Assembly: GCA_037141995.1 (NCBI GenBank)
Contig: JBAXBM010000001.1
Location: 1 to 32,987 of the forward strand
Length of the DNA: 32,987 bases
Direction: 5' to 3'
DNA from: Candidatus Omnitrophota bacterium
Lineage (GTDB): Bacteria > Omnitrophota > Gorgyraeia > Zapsychrales > Fredricksoniimonadaceae
Positions 17,401 to 26,926 of this stretch are shown here, one piece after another. The first letter of the stretch is position 1. The number at the start of each line of letters is the position of its first letter. The position numbers and the translations under genes were made by a program. The notes beneath the pieces were generated by a model. It searched no databases. It was not told where the DNA came from and saw nothing but the letters and a program-made list of their open reading frames with translations.

Positions 17401-19478
17401 ATCTTCTGTTATTCTTCAGTTTTCTTGTTTCTTTGAGCGGCATCGCTTGTATTATTTTTATTTGTTCCAGCCGTGCATTGAATCAAGTCAAGGTGTTATG
17501 GGCCTTATTTAACCTGACAATCATTTTGTGGGGAACAAGTTTTTGTTTGTGGTTAATGTCAGGGGATCAATGGACCGCGCTGTTCTGGCTAAGATCCTTT
17601 TATGTGATTTCAATTTTTATCCCAATATCCTTTATTCATTTTTCTTTCTTTTTTTCAAAAGAAGACGCGCGACGCAAGCATTTTTTGATTATCCAATACT
17701 GCATTTCAATTGGGCTTGCTTTTTTCATTGGTATTTTTTCGCGTCTATTTATTTCGGATAGTTTTAATACACTTTCCCCCCATCATTTTCTTCCGGGGCT
17801 TGCCTTTGGATTCCCGTTTTTATTACTCACCTATCAATTTGCGGTGGGCGCATGGTTCTTATATATAAAAATCTCTCACTCAACAGGGGCTGTCAGGGAT
17901 CAGAATCGATATATTTTGATAGGACTTATCCTGGCATACAGTGCCCTGGGATTAGTCTTTTGGGGCATTGCCGTTAAACCGGTTTGTCTGTATTTGGTAT
18001 TTCTTATGGCATTATCCGCGGTGATTGTTACATGCGCGGCCATCCGGCATCGATTAATAGATATCCGCCTTGTGATGACACGCGCAGGGATCTTGATTGT
18101 TGTTTATGCGGTAGTTTTAGTTATCCCGATTTATTGTTATGACGCAGGATATGCTTTTGGAGCATTAATGTTGGCATTATCTTTAGCCACTGCAGCCCCC
18201 TGTATTTACAGTTATCTTAGAAAACGGTTGGAAGATTCGATTCTCGACGAGCAACGGCTTTACCGGGATATTATGTTCAAGGCGTCACACGGGCTATCGC
18301 GATTGAAAACAACGGAAGAAATCACATATTTTGTTGTCCGGATATTTTTTAAAATGATTTGTTTAAAGAATACCGCATTTTATTTGTTTGTTGACGGCAG
18401 GTTTCATCGTAAAGATGTTTTAGGGAATGATATTTATCCTCCTGAAATTAATATGCATGAAAGTTTTTTGGATCGTATTAACTCCGGAGAGAATTGCGTA
18501 ACGTATGAGTTTCATCGGGATTTTGTTGACAATAGTGCCGGCAGCTTTTCTTTCAATGATTTTCCTGCGTCGGCTGCCCTTGTGGTAAAACGTGAGGCGC
18601 GTTTACTGGGTGTTATATTCCTGGGTGAAAGGTTGGATGGCATCCCGTTTTCTGATCAAGATTTAACGGTTTTTAATGTTATTGCTGATCATGCGGCGTT
18701 GTCCATTGAAAACAGTTATTATTTATCTGATACGCTTAAACGTGCGGAAGAAGATGGGCAGCGGGCCAGGGTGGCATCTCTTGATGCGATGGCAAGTTCA
18801 CTGGCACATGAAATTGATAATCCTAATGCTGTTATCATCGGCCAGGCAGAACTTGTGGCGGAATGTATATCGGCTGATGGTGTTTTAATCCCTGAAAATA
18901 TCAGAAAAGATATAAAAACATCCCTGGATTATATTCTGGAATCATCCCGACGTGTTGCCGGGATGGTCGATACCATCCTTGAATATTCACGCATGGGGCC
19001 GTGCCGTGTATCTCCGGTAAGTATGGCATCTGTCCTTGAATCGTTTGAACTGTTAATACGACCGGAAATGAAGAAACACGGCGTTCTTTTATTCAGGGAA
19101 ATCGCTCCTGATTTACCGAATATTCATTGCAATAAAGTTCATCTAGAAGAAATTTTGATGAATTTCGCGGCGAATGCGATTTTCGCTGTGCAAGGCATGC
19201 CTGGGGATAAAAAAATAATTTTACGCATATTTTGTTCTGATATGAACACCTTGCGTTTTGAATTTAGTGATAATGGTATGGGTATTCCCCATCATCTTAT
19301 AAAAGATATATTTTTGCCATCTGTGACAACCAAAGGTTCCGCGCAGGGAACCGGGCTTGGCTTATACCGTGTCCGGAAAATTGTAGATTTCTATAAAGGA
19401 AGAGTTTGGGCAGAATCCAACGGGAATGGACATGGCGCTTGCTTTATTGTTGAATTTCCTATTATAATACCTCTTTAA
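17397..19478 (+). CDS. Sensor histidine kinase: N-terminal multi-TM (7TM-type) sensor, GAF, HisKA, HATPase_c
   Basis: About 7 N-terminal hydrophobic helices. GAF-like end (…LLGVIFLGERLDGIPFSDQDL…LSIENS). H-box SLAHEIDNP, N-box NFAANAIFA, G-boxes DNGMGI and GTGLGL. No response regulator lies adjacent. Confidence 0.85.
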   Translation: MNLLLFFSFLVSLSGIACIIFICSSRALNQVKVLWALFNLTIILWGTSFCLWLMSGDQWTALFWLRSFYVISIFIPISFIHFSFFFSKEDARRKHFLIIQYCISIGLAFFIGIFSRLFISDSFNTLSPHHFLPGLAFGFPFLLLTYQFAVGAWFLYIKISHSTGAVRDQNRYILIGLILAYSALGLVFWGIAVKPVCLYLVFLMALSAVIVTCAAIRHRLIDIRLVMTRAGILIVVYAVVLVIPIYCYDAGYAFGALMLALSLATAAPCIYSYLRKRLEDSILDEQRLYRDIMFKASHGLSRLKTTEEITYFVVRIFFKMICLKNTAFYLFVDGRFHRKDVLGNDIYPPEINMHESFLDRINSGENCVTYEFHRDFVDNSAGSFSFNDFPASAALVVKREARLLGVIFLGERLDGIPFSDQDLTVFNVIADHAALSIENSYYLSDTLKRAEEDGQRARVASLDAMASSLAHEIDNPNAVIIGQAELVAECISADGVLIPENIRKDIKTSLDYILESSRRVAGMVDTILEYSRMGPCRVSPVSMASVLESFELLIRPEMKKHGVLLFREIAPDLPNIHCNKVHLEEILMNFAANAIFAVQGMPGDKKIILRIFCSDMNTLRFEFSDNGMGIPHHLIKDIFLPSVTTKGSAQGTGLGLYRVRKIVDFYKGRVWAESNGNGHGACFIVEFPIIIPL

Positions 19479-19505
19479 CTATAATCGATACAAAGGTATT
19501 CAACA

Positions 19506-20069
19506 ATGAAGATAATCCTTGGGGAGTGGTCCGGCCGAAATTTCTTTATGCCGGCGCATATCCGGCCGACACAGAATATTTTACGCAAAGCTGTATTTGA
19601 TATCATAGGGCATGATTTAGAAGGCATTCGTTTCCTGGATCTTTTCGGCGGGAGCGGGGCAGTTGGTATGGAAGCCCTTTCGTGCGGGGCTTCGGAGGTG
19701 GTTTGGGTTGAACGCGATCCTTTATGCGTTAAAGTTATTCGTGAAAATTTAGAACTATTCAAGCCTGCTGACCGGGGATTGAAAGCAGAGGTTCTCCCGC
19801 TGGATGCTTTTTCCGCCATCAAGACATTTGCCAGGGATAAAAGGTTTTTTGATATTGTTTTTTTTGATCCGCCATTCGACCAGAAACTTGGAAGAAAAAC
19901 CTTGAAAACCCTTTTATCGCATGATATATTGACGCCTCAATCCTATATAATAGGACAATATGGTTTGAATGAAACGCTTGAAGATACAGGAGGCCTTTTT
20001 ACCGTTTTAAAAGATAAGAAGTACGGTACGTCCTGTTTGACAGTTTTGGAGCGATCGGTGCCAAAGTGA
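19506..20069 (+). CDS. rsmD: 16S rRNA (guanine966-N2)-methyltransferase
   Basis: RPT---LR-A-F…LDLF-GSGA-G-EALS-GA…V-FDPPF signature. It sits in the conserved position upstream of coaD. Confidence 0.88.
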   Translation: MKIILGEWSGRNFFMPAHIRPTQNILRKAVFDIIGHDLEGIRFLDLFGGSGAVGMEALSCGASEVVWVERDPLCVKVIRENLELFKPADRGLKAEVLPLDAFSAIKTFARDKRFFDIVFFDPPFDQKLGRKTLKTLLSHDILTPQSYIIGQYGLNETLEDTGGLFTVLKDKKYGTSCLTVLERSVPK

Positions 20070-20075
20070 GGTTTT

Positions 20076-20558
20076 GTGGGAAAAGTGGTGATTTATCCTG
20101 GAAGTTTTGACCCCGTGACGTATGGGCATCTGGATGTATTAAAACGTGCCACACATATTTTTGGCCAAGTGATTATTGCTGTTGCTAACAATACGAGTAA
20201 AAAGTACTTATTTACCTTGCAAGAGCGTGTTGAGTTATTGGAAGAAGCAACCGACGGCATGCCGGGTGTCAAGGTCGAAAGTTTTGATGGGTTGGTCATT
20301 GATTATGCCCGGCAGAAGAAAACAAATGTCCTGATCCGCGGGCTGCGCATGACTTCTGATTTTGAATACGAATTCCAGATAGCCTTGACTAACCGACGTC
20401 TGGCGGAAGATATTGAAACGATTTTTTTAATGCCTTCAGAACGGCATTCTTTTCTGTCTTCTTCGCTCCTTAAAGAAGTATCAAAATTTAATGCGGATAT
20501 TTCTTCATTTGTTCCGCGTTGTGTTGAAGATCGGCTGAAAGTTAAGCTGGCGGCATGA
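20076..20558 (+). CDS. coaD: Phosphopantetheine adenylyltransferase
   Basis: YPGSFDPVTYGHLD, RGLR---DFEYE and the SSSL-KE tail. GTG start. Confidence 0.92.
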   Translation: MGKVVIYPGSFDPVTYGHLDVLKRATHIFGQVIIAVANNTSKKYLFTLQERVELLEEATDGMPGVKVESFDGLVIDYARQKKTNVLIRGLRMTSDFEYEFQIALTNRRLAEDIETIFLMPSERHSFLSSSLLKEVSKFNADISSFVPRCVEDRLKVKLAA

Positions 20559-21004
20559 AGATCCGGGTTCGTGATATTGTTAATGATGGGTATATGGTTG
20601 AATTTGTTGTGAAGCCTGCTGATATAGGCCTTGAAAATGAAGAATTTCTAGATACCGAAAAAACTTTTGATGTATCCGCGAATCTTCAAAGAGCAGATAA
20701 TGTGATCATGGCGGATGTTGATGTATCTTACAAGCGAGAAGGGGTATGTGCGCGCTGCCTTGAACATTTCACGCGTCCAGCTACAGCTCATTATGAATTG
20801 GATTTTGAAATTTTTCCGGGCGATGAATGGATTGATTTAGGCGCGCGCGTCCGGGAAGAAATGATCATGGAAATTTCGCCGCGGATATTATGCCGTGAAG
20901 ATTGCCGTGGGATCTGTCCGGGGTGCGGTTTAGACCTTAATTCAGAACAATGTAAATGTGATATCCCGTTTGACGGGTTAAAGAAAACAAAGAGGAGTAA
21001 GTGA
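20555..21004 (+). CDS. yceD: YceD/DUF177-family protein (large-subunit rRNA accumulation protein)
   Basis: CARCL… and C-EDCRGICPGCG-DLN---C-C motifs. Canonical position directly upstream of rpmF. ATGA overlap with coaD. Confidence 0.85.
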   Translation: MKIRVRDIVNDGYMVEFVVKPADIGLENEEFLDTEKTFDVSANLQRADNVIMADVDVSYKREGVCARCLEHFTRPATAHYELDFEIFPGDEWIDLGARVREEMIMEISPRILCREDCRGICPGCGLDLNSEQCKCDIPFDGLKKTKRSK

Positions 21005-21005
21005 C

Positions 21006-21197
21006 ATGCCGCATCCAAAAAGACAACATTCCAAAGCGCGTTCCCGCAGGCGCCGTACGCACCAGGGTATTGAAACGATCCCTGCGGCCTCGACAGGCAC
21101 GGGTAGTAAAGCCGGTTTCAGTCATCGTGTATGCCCCATCACAGGTTGCTACAAGGGCCGGCAGGTTGTCGCCCCTAAGGTTAAAAAAGCCGAATAA
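21006..21197 (+). CDS. rpmF: 50S ribosomal protein L32
   Basis: The MPHPKRQHSKARSRRRR N-terminus and the …HRVCP-TG-YKGRQV pattern. yceD-rpmF-plsX synteny. Confidence 0.92.
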   Translation: MPHPKRQHSKARSRRRRTHQGIETIPAASTGTGSKAGFSHRVCPITGCYKGRQVVAPKVKKAE

Positions 21198-21220
21198 TTT
21201 CCTTTTCCGAGGAGAATACC

Positions 21221-22211
21221 TTGAGGATCGTCGTTGACGCCATGGGCGGAGACTACGCACCGCAGAATATTATTGCAGGTGTAGTCGATGCGGTGAAGGA
21301 GTTTGATGTTACGATCACGCTTGTCGGGATCGAAGATCAGCTTAAAGAACAGCTGGCCAAGTATGATTATCCCAAAAATAAAGTTGAAATTATCCATGCT
21401 CCGGAGGTTGTCGGCATGGATGATAGTCCGACGGATGTTATTCGAAAAAAACGCGATTGTTCTATTACCGTCGGCGTAAATCTTCTTAAAGAACCAGGTT
21501 ATGACGCGTTTATTTCTGCGGGTAATACAGGCGCCTGTGTGGCGGCGGCTACTTTTTTTCTCCGTATGATTGAAGGTGTTGACCGCCCGGGAATTGGGCT
21601 TGTTATCCCTCAAGTGAACGGCCTTGCTTTTTTGATCGACGTGGGCGCTAACACCGAGCCGAAGCCTGAACATCTTTACCGTTATGGGCAAATGGGTAAA
21701 GTTTATATTCAAAGTGTGATGGGCAAAGATAATCCGACTGTCGGGCTTGTGAATATCGGTGAAGAAGAAGGTAAAGGCTCCGGATTTGAAAAACAGTCCT
21801 ATCAATTGCTGCAGGAAAAGCTTCCTGGTTTTATCGGCAACGTTGAACCCAATGAATTATTTACAAGTAAAGCTGACTGTATCGTGGCAACCGGATTTGT
21901 CGGGGAATGTTATTATAAAAGTTGCTGAAGGTTTGATGGAATCAGCTTCGACGGTCATCAAGCGTGAGATCAAAAAGAGCCCCTTAGCGATGCTGGGAGC
22001 ATTTTTCATGACGGGGGCATTGAGGAAGGTGAAGAAGCAGCTGGATTATTCTGAGTACGGCGGCGCACCGTTGCTGGGAGTTAATGGTATTGTCATCATC
22101 AGTCATGGACGTTCTACGCCCAAGGCTGTTAAGAATGCGATCCGCGTAGCCATGCGCGAGGTCGAGCATAAAATCCTTGAAAAAATGCGTTCTGCGATCG
22201 TTAGCGCTTAG
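21221..22211 (+). pseudogene. plsX: plsX (phosphate acyltransferase) interrupted by a +1 frameshift at GGGG 21902-21905
   Basis: ORF 21221-21928 (TTG start, RIVVDAMGGDYAP…) encodes the N-terminal two thirds. ORF frame 21759-22211 encodes the C-terminal third (NVIIKVAEGL…GVNGIVIISHG). Deleting one G of the run restores …GFVG|NVIIKVAEG…, which matches the conserved PlsX GF-GN---K--EG motif. Confidence 0.85.
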
Positions 22212-22220
22212 AGGAGATCT

Positions 22221-23204
22221 ATGAGTCGAGTCGGGATTGTGGCTTTGGGTCGATATCTTCCGGCCAGAAAATTAACGAATAAGGACCTCGAAAAGCTTGT
22301 TGAAACGTCTGATGAGTGGATTATATCACGTACCGGCATTAAAGAACGGCGTATATCTGCACCAGGTGAAACAACGAGCGCCCTTGCTGTAGCCGCCGCG
22401 CGTGATGCCCTCAGGAATTCTCCTGTTAAAGCGGATGATATCGAAGCTATCTTTGTGGCTACGGTGACCCCCGACAGCGCTTTTCCTTCTGTGGCGTGCC
22501 TGGTTCAAAAAGAGATCGGTGCCCGCAAGGCCTTTGCGTATGATATCAGTGCGGCCTGTTCAGGTTTTTTATTTGCTTTAACTACAGCTCGCCAATTTAT
22601 TTTGACAGGCGCCATCAAAAATGCTTTGGTGATTGCCGCGGACCGCTTTACTTCAATCATTGACTGGAACGACCGTAACACGTGTGTTCTTTTCGGGGAT
22701 GGTGCCGGCGCGGCTGTTCTAACCCAGGTTGCTTCTGGCGGCATCCTTTCCGATTATCTGATTTCTGATGGTGCCGGGGCGCCGTTGATGGGGGTTGTAC
22801 CTGGCGGTTCAAGAACGCCGGAGGACAAACATACTGACACAGCACAACTTCCTTATGTGACAATGAACGGCCAGGAACTCTTTAAGCATGCGGTACCAGG
22901 AATGGCAGAAGCCGTTGGAATAGCTCTTTCAAAAGCAGGATTAACAGTTGATGATATTGCCTGCGTGGTTCCGCACCAAGCCAATGACCGTATCATTGCG
23001 AGTGTGGCCAAAAGAGCCGGCATTGCTAAAGACAGGTTTTTTATTAATATTGATAAGTACGGCAATATTTCTGCGGCTTCGGTTGTTGTTGCTCTTTGCG
23101 AGGCAGTCGAAGCAGGCCGTATCAAAAAGGGTGATAAAGTGGCATTAACTGTTTTCGGGGCCGGGCTTGTCACAGCGGCCACTATTGTGGATTGGTCATA
23201 TTGA
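22221..23204 (+). CDS. fabH: 3-oxoacyl-ACP synthase III
   Basis: TSDEWI--RTGI-ERR, active-site Cys context (DISAACSGF), HQAN-RI and the GN-SAAS motif. 327 aa. Confidence 0.93.
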   Translation: MSRVGIVALGRYLPARKLTNKDLEKLVETSDEWIISRTGIKERRISAPGETTSALAVAAARDALRNSPVKADDIEAIFVATVTPDSAFPSVACLVQKEIGARKAFAYDISAACSGFLFALTTARQFILTGAIKNALVIAADRFTSIIDWNDRNTCVLFGDGAGAAVLTQVASGGILSDYLISDGAGAPLMGVVPGGSRTPEDKHTDTAQLPYVTMNGQELFKHAVPGMAEAVGIALSKAGLTVDDIACVVPHQANDRIIASVAKRAGIAKDRFFINIDKYGNISAASVVVALCEAVEAGRIKKGDKVALTVFGAGLVTAATIVDWSY

Positions 23205-23205
23205 T

Positions 23206-24129
23206 ATGAAGAAAATTGCTTTAATATTCCCAGGTCAGGGCGCCCAAAAAGTTGGTATGGGCAAAGAACTTTATGATCACAGTTCTGCCGCGAAAGCCGT
23301 GTTTGAACAGGCCAATGCGTTAATGGGGGAAGATCTTGCGAGTATAATCTTTGAAGGCCCTGATGATAAACTAATGGCAACATCTTACTGCCAACCGGCA
23401 ATTTTTACGGTGAGCATGGCAGCATTGGCTGCTTTTCGATCAACGGATAAATGGGCGGCATTATCCGTGACTTATACAGCTGGATTGAGCCTTGGTGAAT
23501 ATGGGGCGATGTGCGCGGCAGGGGTTTTGTCTTTTCAAGACACCCTTAAATTAATTCGCCAGCGCGGTGCATTCATGGAAGAAGCAGCCAGGATTAATCC
23601 TGGCAAAATGGCAGCTATTATTGGTTTTGATAAAGATAAGCTTGTTAATATTTGCCGCCAGACAGGGTGTGAAGTGGCTAATTTTAATGCACCGGATCAG
23701 ATTGTTATCACAGGCGCAGGAACTGCTGTGGATCAGGCATGCCTGTTAATTATTGAAGCTGGCGGTAAAAAAGTAATCCCCCTGGATGTCAGCGGAGCAT
23801 TTCATTCATCGCTCATGCGTTCTGCCGCTGATAAATTTACCCATGCGTTAGTAGAAACACCGCTGGTAATTTCAGACATTAAAGTTGTAAGTAATGTGAC
23901 CGCAAAGCCAGGGCTTTCTGCGGAAGAGGTCCGTACAAATTTACCACGGCAGATTTATTCGTCAGTCCAATGGGTAGATAGTATCCGTTATATTGCTTCT
24001 GCAGGTGTCACGGATTTTATTGAGATTGGTCCTGGCCGGGTTCTCAAAGGTCTAATACGTAAAATAGATCCTGCATTGAATGTTGCTAATATTCAAACAT
24101 GGGATGATATAGAACTGTTTGCCTTATAG
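23206..24129 (+). CDS. fabD: Malonyl-CoA:ACP transacylase
   Basis: FPGQGAQ--GMG, the GLSLGEY active-site serine motif and the GAFHS motif. ATG 23206 lies 1 nt after the fabH stop. Confidence 0.93.
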   Translation: MKKIALIFPGQGAQKVGMGKELYDHSSAAKAVFEQANALMGEDLASIIFEGPDDKLMATSYCQPAIFTVSMAALAAFRSTDKWAALSVTYTAGLSLGEYGAMCAAGVLSFQDTLKLIRQRGAFMEEAARINPGKMAAIIGFDKDKLVNICRQTGCEVANFNAPDQIVITGAGTAVDQACLLIIEAGGKKVIPLDVSGAFHSSLMRSAADKFTHALVETPLVISDIKVVSNVTAKPGLSAEEVRTNLPRQIYSSVQWVDSIRYIASAGVTDFIEIGPGRVLKGLIRKIDPALNVANIQTWDDIELFAL

Positions 24130-24365
24130 TATTTTAAAATACGCCTCTGTATATCGGTGTTGTGCCATTTTTGATTTTAATCCCGAGCTGAGCAGCAGCT
24201 GTCTAATACGACGTTACTCTATTCTTGCTAACGATCGTTCTTATTTTCTCACAATTTCCGCATCAAAAAATTCTAGGATAAAACTACTATTTTGTTCAGT
24301 ATTTTAATATAATATTTTACGTTTTAAAAAATAGTTAATTTTTGTTAAATGAGAATGGAGGCAGG

Positions 24366-25685
24366 ATGTTAAACAAATTCAAGGCTTCATTACTGACAAG
24401 TGTTTTATGTGTTTCAGTTGCTGCATCAACGGCTTTTGCGTCAGGTTCTGGTGCGTATCGTTTAGAAGTCGCTGACGCAGGTGTCGCCGGCCAGGGATCC
24501 GCGTTTGTCGGGGAGGCGAATACGCCAGCGGCTGTTTATTTTAACCCTGCCGGTCTTACCCAAATATCAGGCCAGGCTATTTCACTCGGGGCATCATTAA
24601 TCCAGCCTAAAGTAAATTACAAGTCATTCTCCGGCGAAGAAACACAGATGCGGCAGGGGAGTTTCCTGATTCCCAGCGGTTATTACGTTACAGATCTTGG
24701 TAACAAGAATGTTGTTTTTGGTATCGGAGCTATATCTTCCTGGGGTCTAACGACATACTGGAATCAGGATACTTTCGCGCGTTATAACGCGACCCGGAGT
24801 ATTTTGCAAAATCAGGATTATCTTTTTACAACCGCTTACAAAATTAATGATAAATGGTCGCTGGGTATCGGGCTTGATGTGGATGCATCGTCTGTCGACA
24901 AACAGAAAAAAATTCTTCAGGCGAATCCAGGTGTCGATGATGCTAATTTTCGTTTAAAAGGATCGAATACCGCCGCGGGATTCCGTTTGGCAGGATTATT
25001 TAAAGCAAATGATCAGCATCAGTTCGGACTTATGTACCGCAGCCGTATTGAACATAAATATCATGGTAAAGTGCATCTTGATAACTTAAATGATGCGAAC
25101 CCCTCACATCCTTATCAGAGTATTTTTGGATCTTCTTCATATGAAACCGATGTTGTATCAAAGTCAACGTTGCCTGACAGTATTGTTTTGGGTTATTGTT
25201 TCAAGCCGACATCACGTTGGACGCTTGACTGGGATCTGGAATGGATGAACTGGTCCATTGTCAATGAAGAAGAGTTGGCATATCCAGGGCTCGTCGACAT
25301 CACATCAGGGCCCCTGACAGGGATGAGAGGGGCGGTTCTCAATGATGGTAATCCTATCGCGCGTGATTGGCGCAGTGCTTTATCAACGGCGGTTGGGGCA
25401 AAGTATGCGCTCACAGACACCTTTCGTTTGCGAACAGGCTATTTTTATCATCAAAGTCCGGTCCCTGGAGCTACATGGGAAGCTAACTTACCGGATGCTG
25501 ATTCTCACGGCGTAACGACTGGTTTCGGTTATGATATCCGTAAAGATTTGACCCTTGATTTAGCCTGGTCGGCCATGTATTACAAGGCGCGAGAAGTTGA
25601 GAATACAGTTGCCTCCGGGACTATTAACGGTACGTATCGGCAGTGGATCAATTTGCTTTATGCCACGTTAACATATCGTTTTTAA
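24366..25685 (+). CDS. FadL/TodX/OMPP1-family outer-membrane hydrophobic-compound channel
   Basis: Signal peptide (…VSVAASTAFA). Conserved NPAG hatch motif (AVYFNPAGLTQ). Alternating beta-strand pattern and a terminal aromatic residue (…LTYRF). GGAGG lies upstream of ATG 24366. Confidence 0.8.
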   Translation: MLNKFKASLLTSVLCVSVAASTAFASGSGAYRLEVADAGVAGQGSAFVGEANTPAAVYFNPAGLTQISGQAISLGASLIQPKVNYKSFSGEETQMRQGSFLIPSGYYVTDLGNKNVVFGIGAISSWGLTTYWNQDTFARYNATRSILQNQDYLFTTAYKINDKWSLGIGLDVDASSVDKQKKILQANPGVDDANFRLKGSNTAAGFRLAGLFKANDQHQFGLMYRSRIEHKYHGKVHLDNLNDANPSHPYQSIFGSSSYETDVVSKSTLPDSIVLGYCFKPTSRWTLDWDLEWMNWSIVNEEELAYPGLVDITSGPLTGMRGAVLNDGNPIARDWRSALSTAVGAKYALTDTFRLRTGYFYHQSPVPGATWEANLPDADSHGVTTGFGYDIRKDLTLDLAWSAMYYKAREVENTVASGTINGTYRQWINLLYATLTYRF

Positions 25686-25714
25686 CAATGCATAGAGCGT
25701 AAAGAAAGAACTCA

Positions 25715-26926
25715 ATGAAAGATACATGTATTGCTATTACCGGAGTTACGGGAATGATCGGCAGGAATATTTTTTATGAATATATCCGGCAAAATCTTTC
25801 TAACCTGGGCAAACTCCAAGTTTTTTTATTGGGTCGTAAATCCATTAAGTATAGTTTTCGTGAACGTGTCATGAGAAATTTGCTTGTTGATGGTGCTGAT
25901 TATTGCGGGATTGAACATGGGGCAAAACCACTAGAAGATTTTGTCCGGGATAACGTCCACTTTATTGATATGGATCTTTATTGTGACAGCATAGGCATCA
26001 GTCCTTCTGCCATTGAATTGTTAAAAGCGTCACGCATAGATTATTTTTTTCATAGCGCGGCGTCAACGGATCTGCGAGATTCAGATCTTGTTCAGGGGGA
26101 TGTCAATCGTGTTAATAATGAAGGGACTGAAAAACTTCTTCAAATTGTCGAGGAGATGAAAATCCGCGAATTTTGTTACATCAGTACGGCGTATGCCTGC
26201 GGGATAACCAGCGGGAATATTAGTCCTGATGATACCAATTTCCAAAGGGAGTTCCGTAATCCTTATGAATTGACAAAATTGAAGTCTGAAAAGATGGTGC
26301 GGGATTTTTCAAGCAGAACAGGACGTCGTATCAGGATATTCCGTCTTTCTTCTGTTTGTGGCCGGTTGATTGAACCATCTTTCGGGGCTTTAAGCAAATT
26401 TGATACTTTTTACAGTTGGGGCGCGTTTTTCCTTTCTCTTAAAATGAAAAAAATCAAGGAAATGGATAGGCTTTTTGAAATTCCTTTTAATATTGATATC
26501 CGTGTGTTTTCCAATCCGCGTGCCGGGCTTAATATTGTTCCTGTTGATTATGTTGCCAAGGCTGTTTATCAGATTTGTACGCAGGATTGTGCCGGCAATG
26601 CTTTTAATCTGACGAGCCCCGCTGAGACGTCCCATCATTTTTATCTTGATGAAATGCTTCGCCATTTGAATATCACGGGTGTGGTTCATGTGGCATCCGA
26701 GCCAATTCAGAAGAATCCTCTTGAAAATCTTTATTATCGTACTATCGGCCGTATTTTTAATCCTTATGTCGCAGGCCTCCCTATGGTCTTTGATACTTCA
26801 AATTATGATTATATTATGGAACGTGCAGGCATCTCATGTCCACCGATTGATAAATTTCATTTTGATTATTTAATGTCTTATGCCAAAAAGAAGTTCTTTG
26901 GCATCTTGACGTCAGCCGCTCTATGA
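25715..26926 (+). CDS. SDR-superfamily protein of the thioester-reductase / fatty-acyl reductase (NAD_binding_4) type
   Basis: Rossmann motif ITGVTGMIGRN. H-AA-- block (FFHSAASTDL), NV-GT--LL-like block (VNNEGTEKLL), YISTAY, and catalytic YxxxK (YELTK). 403 aa. Confidence 0.7.
   Translation: MKDTCIAITGVTGMIGRNIFYEYIRQNLSNLGKLQVFLLGRKSIKYSFRERVMRNLLVDGADYCGIEHGAKPLEDFVRDNVHFIDMDLYCDSIGISPSAIELLKASRIDYFFHSAASTDLRDSDLVQGDVNRVNNEGTEKLLQIVEEMKIREFCYISTAYACGITSGNISPDDTNFQREFRNPYELTKLKSEKMVRDFSSRTGRRIRIFRLSSVCGRLIEPSFGALSKFDTFYSWGAFFLSLKMKKIKEMDRLFEIPFNIDIRVFSNPRAGLNIVPVDYVAKAVYQICTQDCAGNAFNLTSPAETSHHFYLDEMLRHLNITGVVHVASEPIQKNPLENLYYRTIGRIFNPYVAGLPMVFDTSNYDYIMERAGISCPPIDKFHFDYLMSYAKKKFFGILTSAAL

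Noticed and set aside
21759-22211. 150-aa ORF that could be annotated as an independent small gene.
   Set aside because: Its conserved part begins exactly at the plsX frameshift point and encodes the PlsX C-terminus. The first roughly 49 codons are out-of-frame overlap with the plsX N-terminal part.
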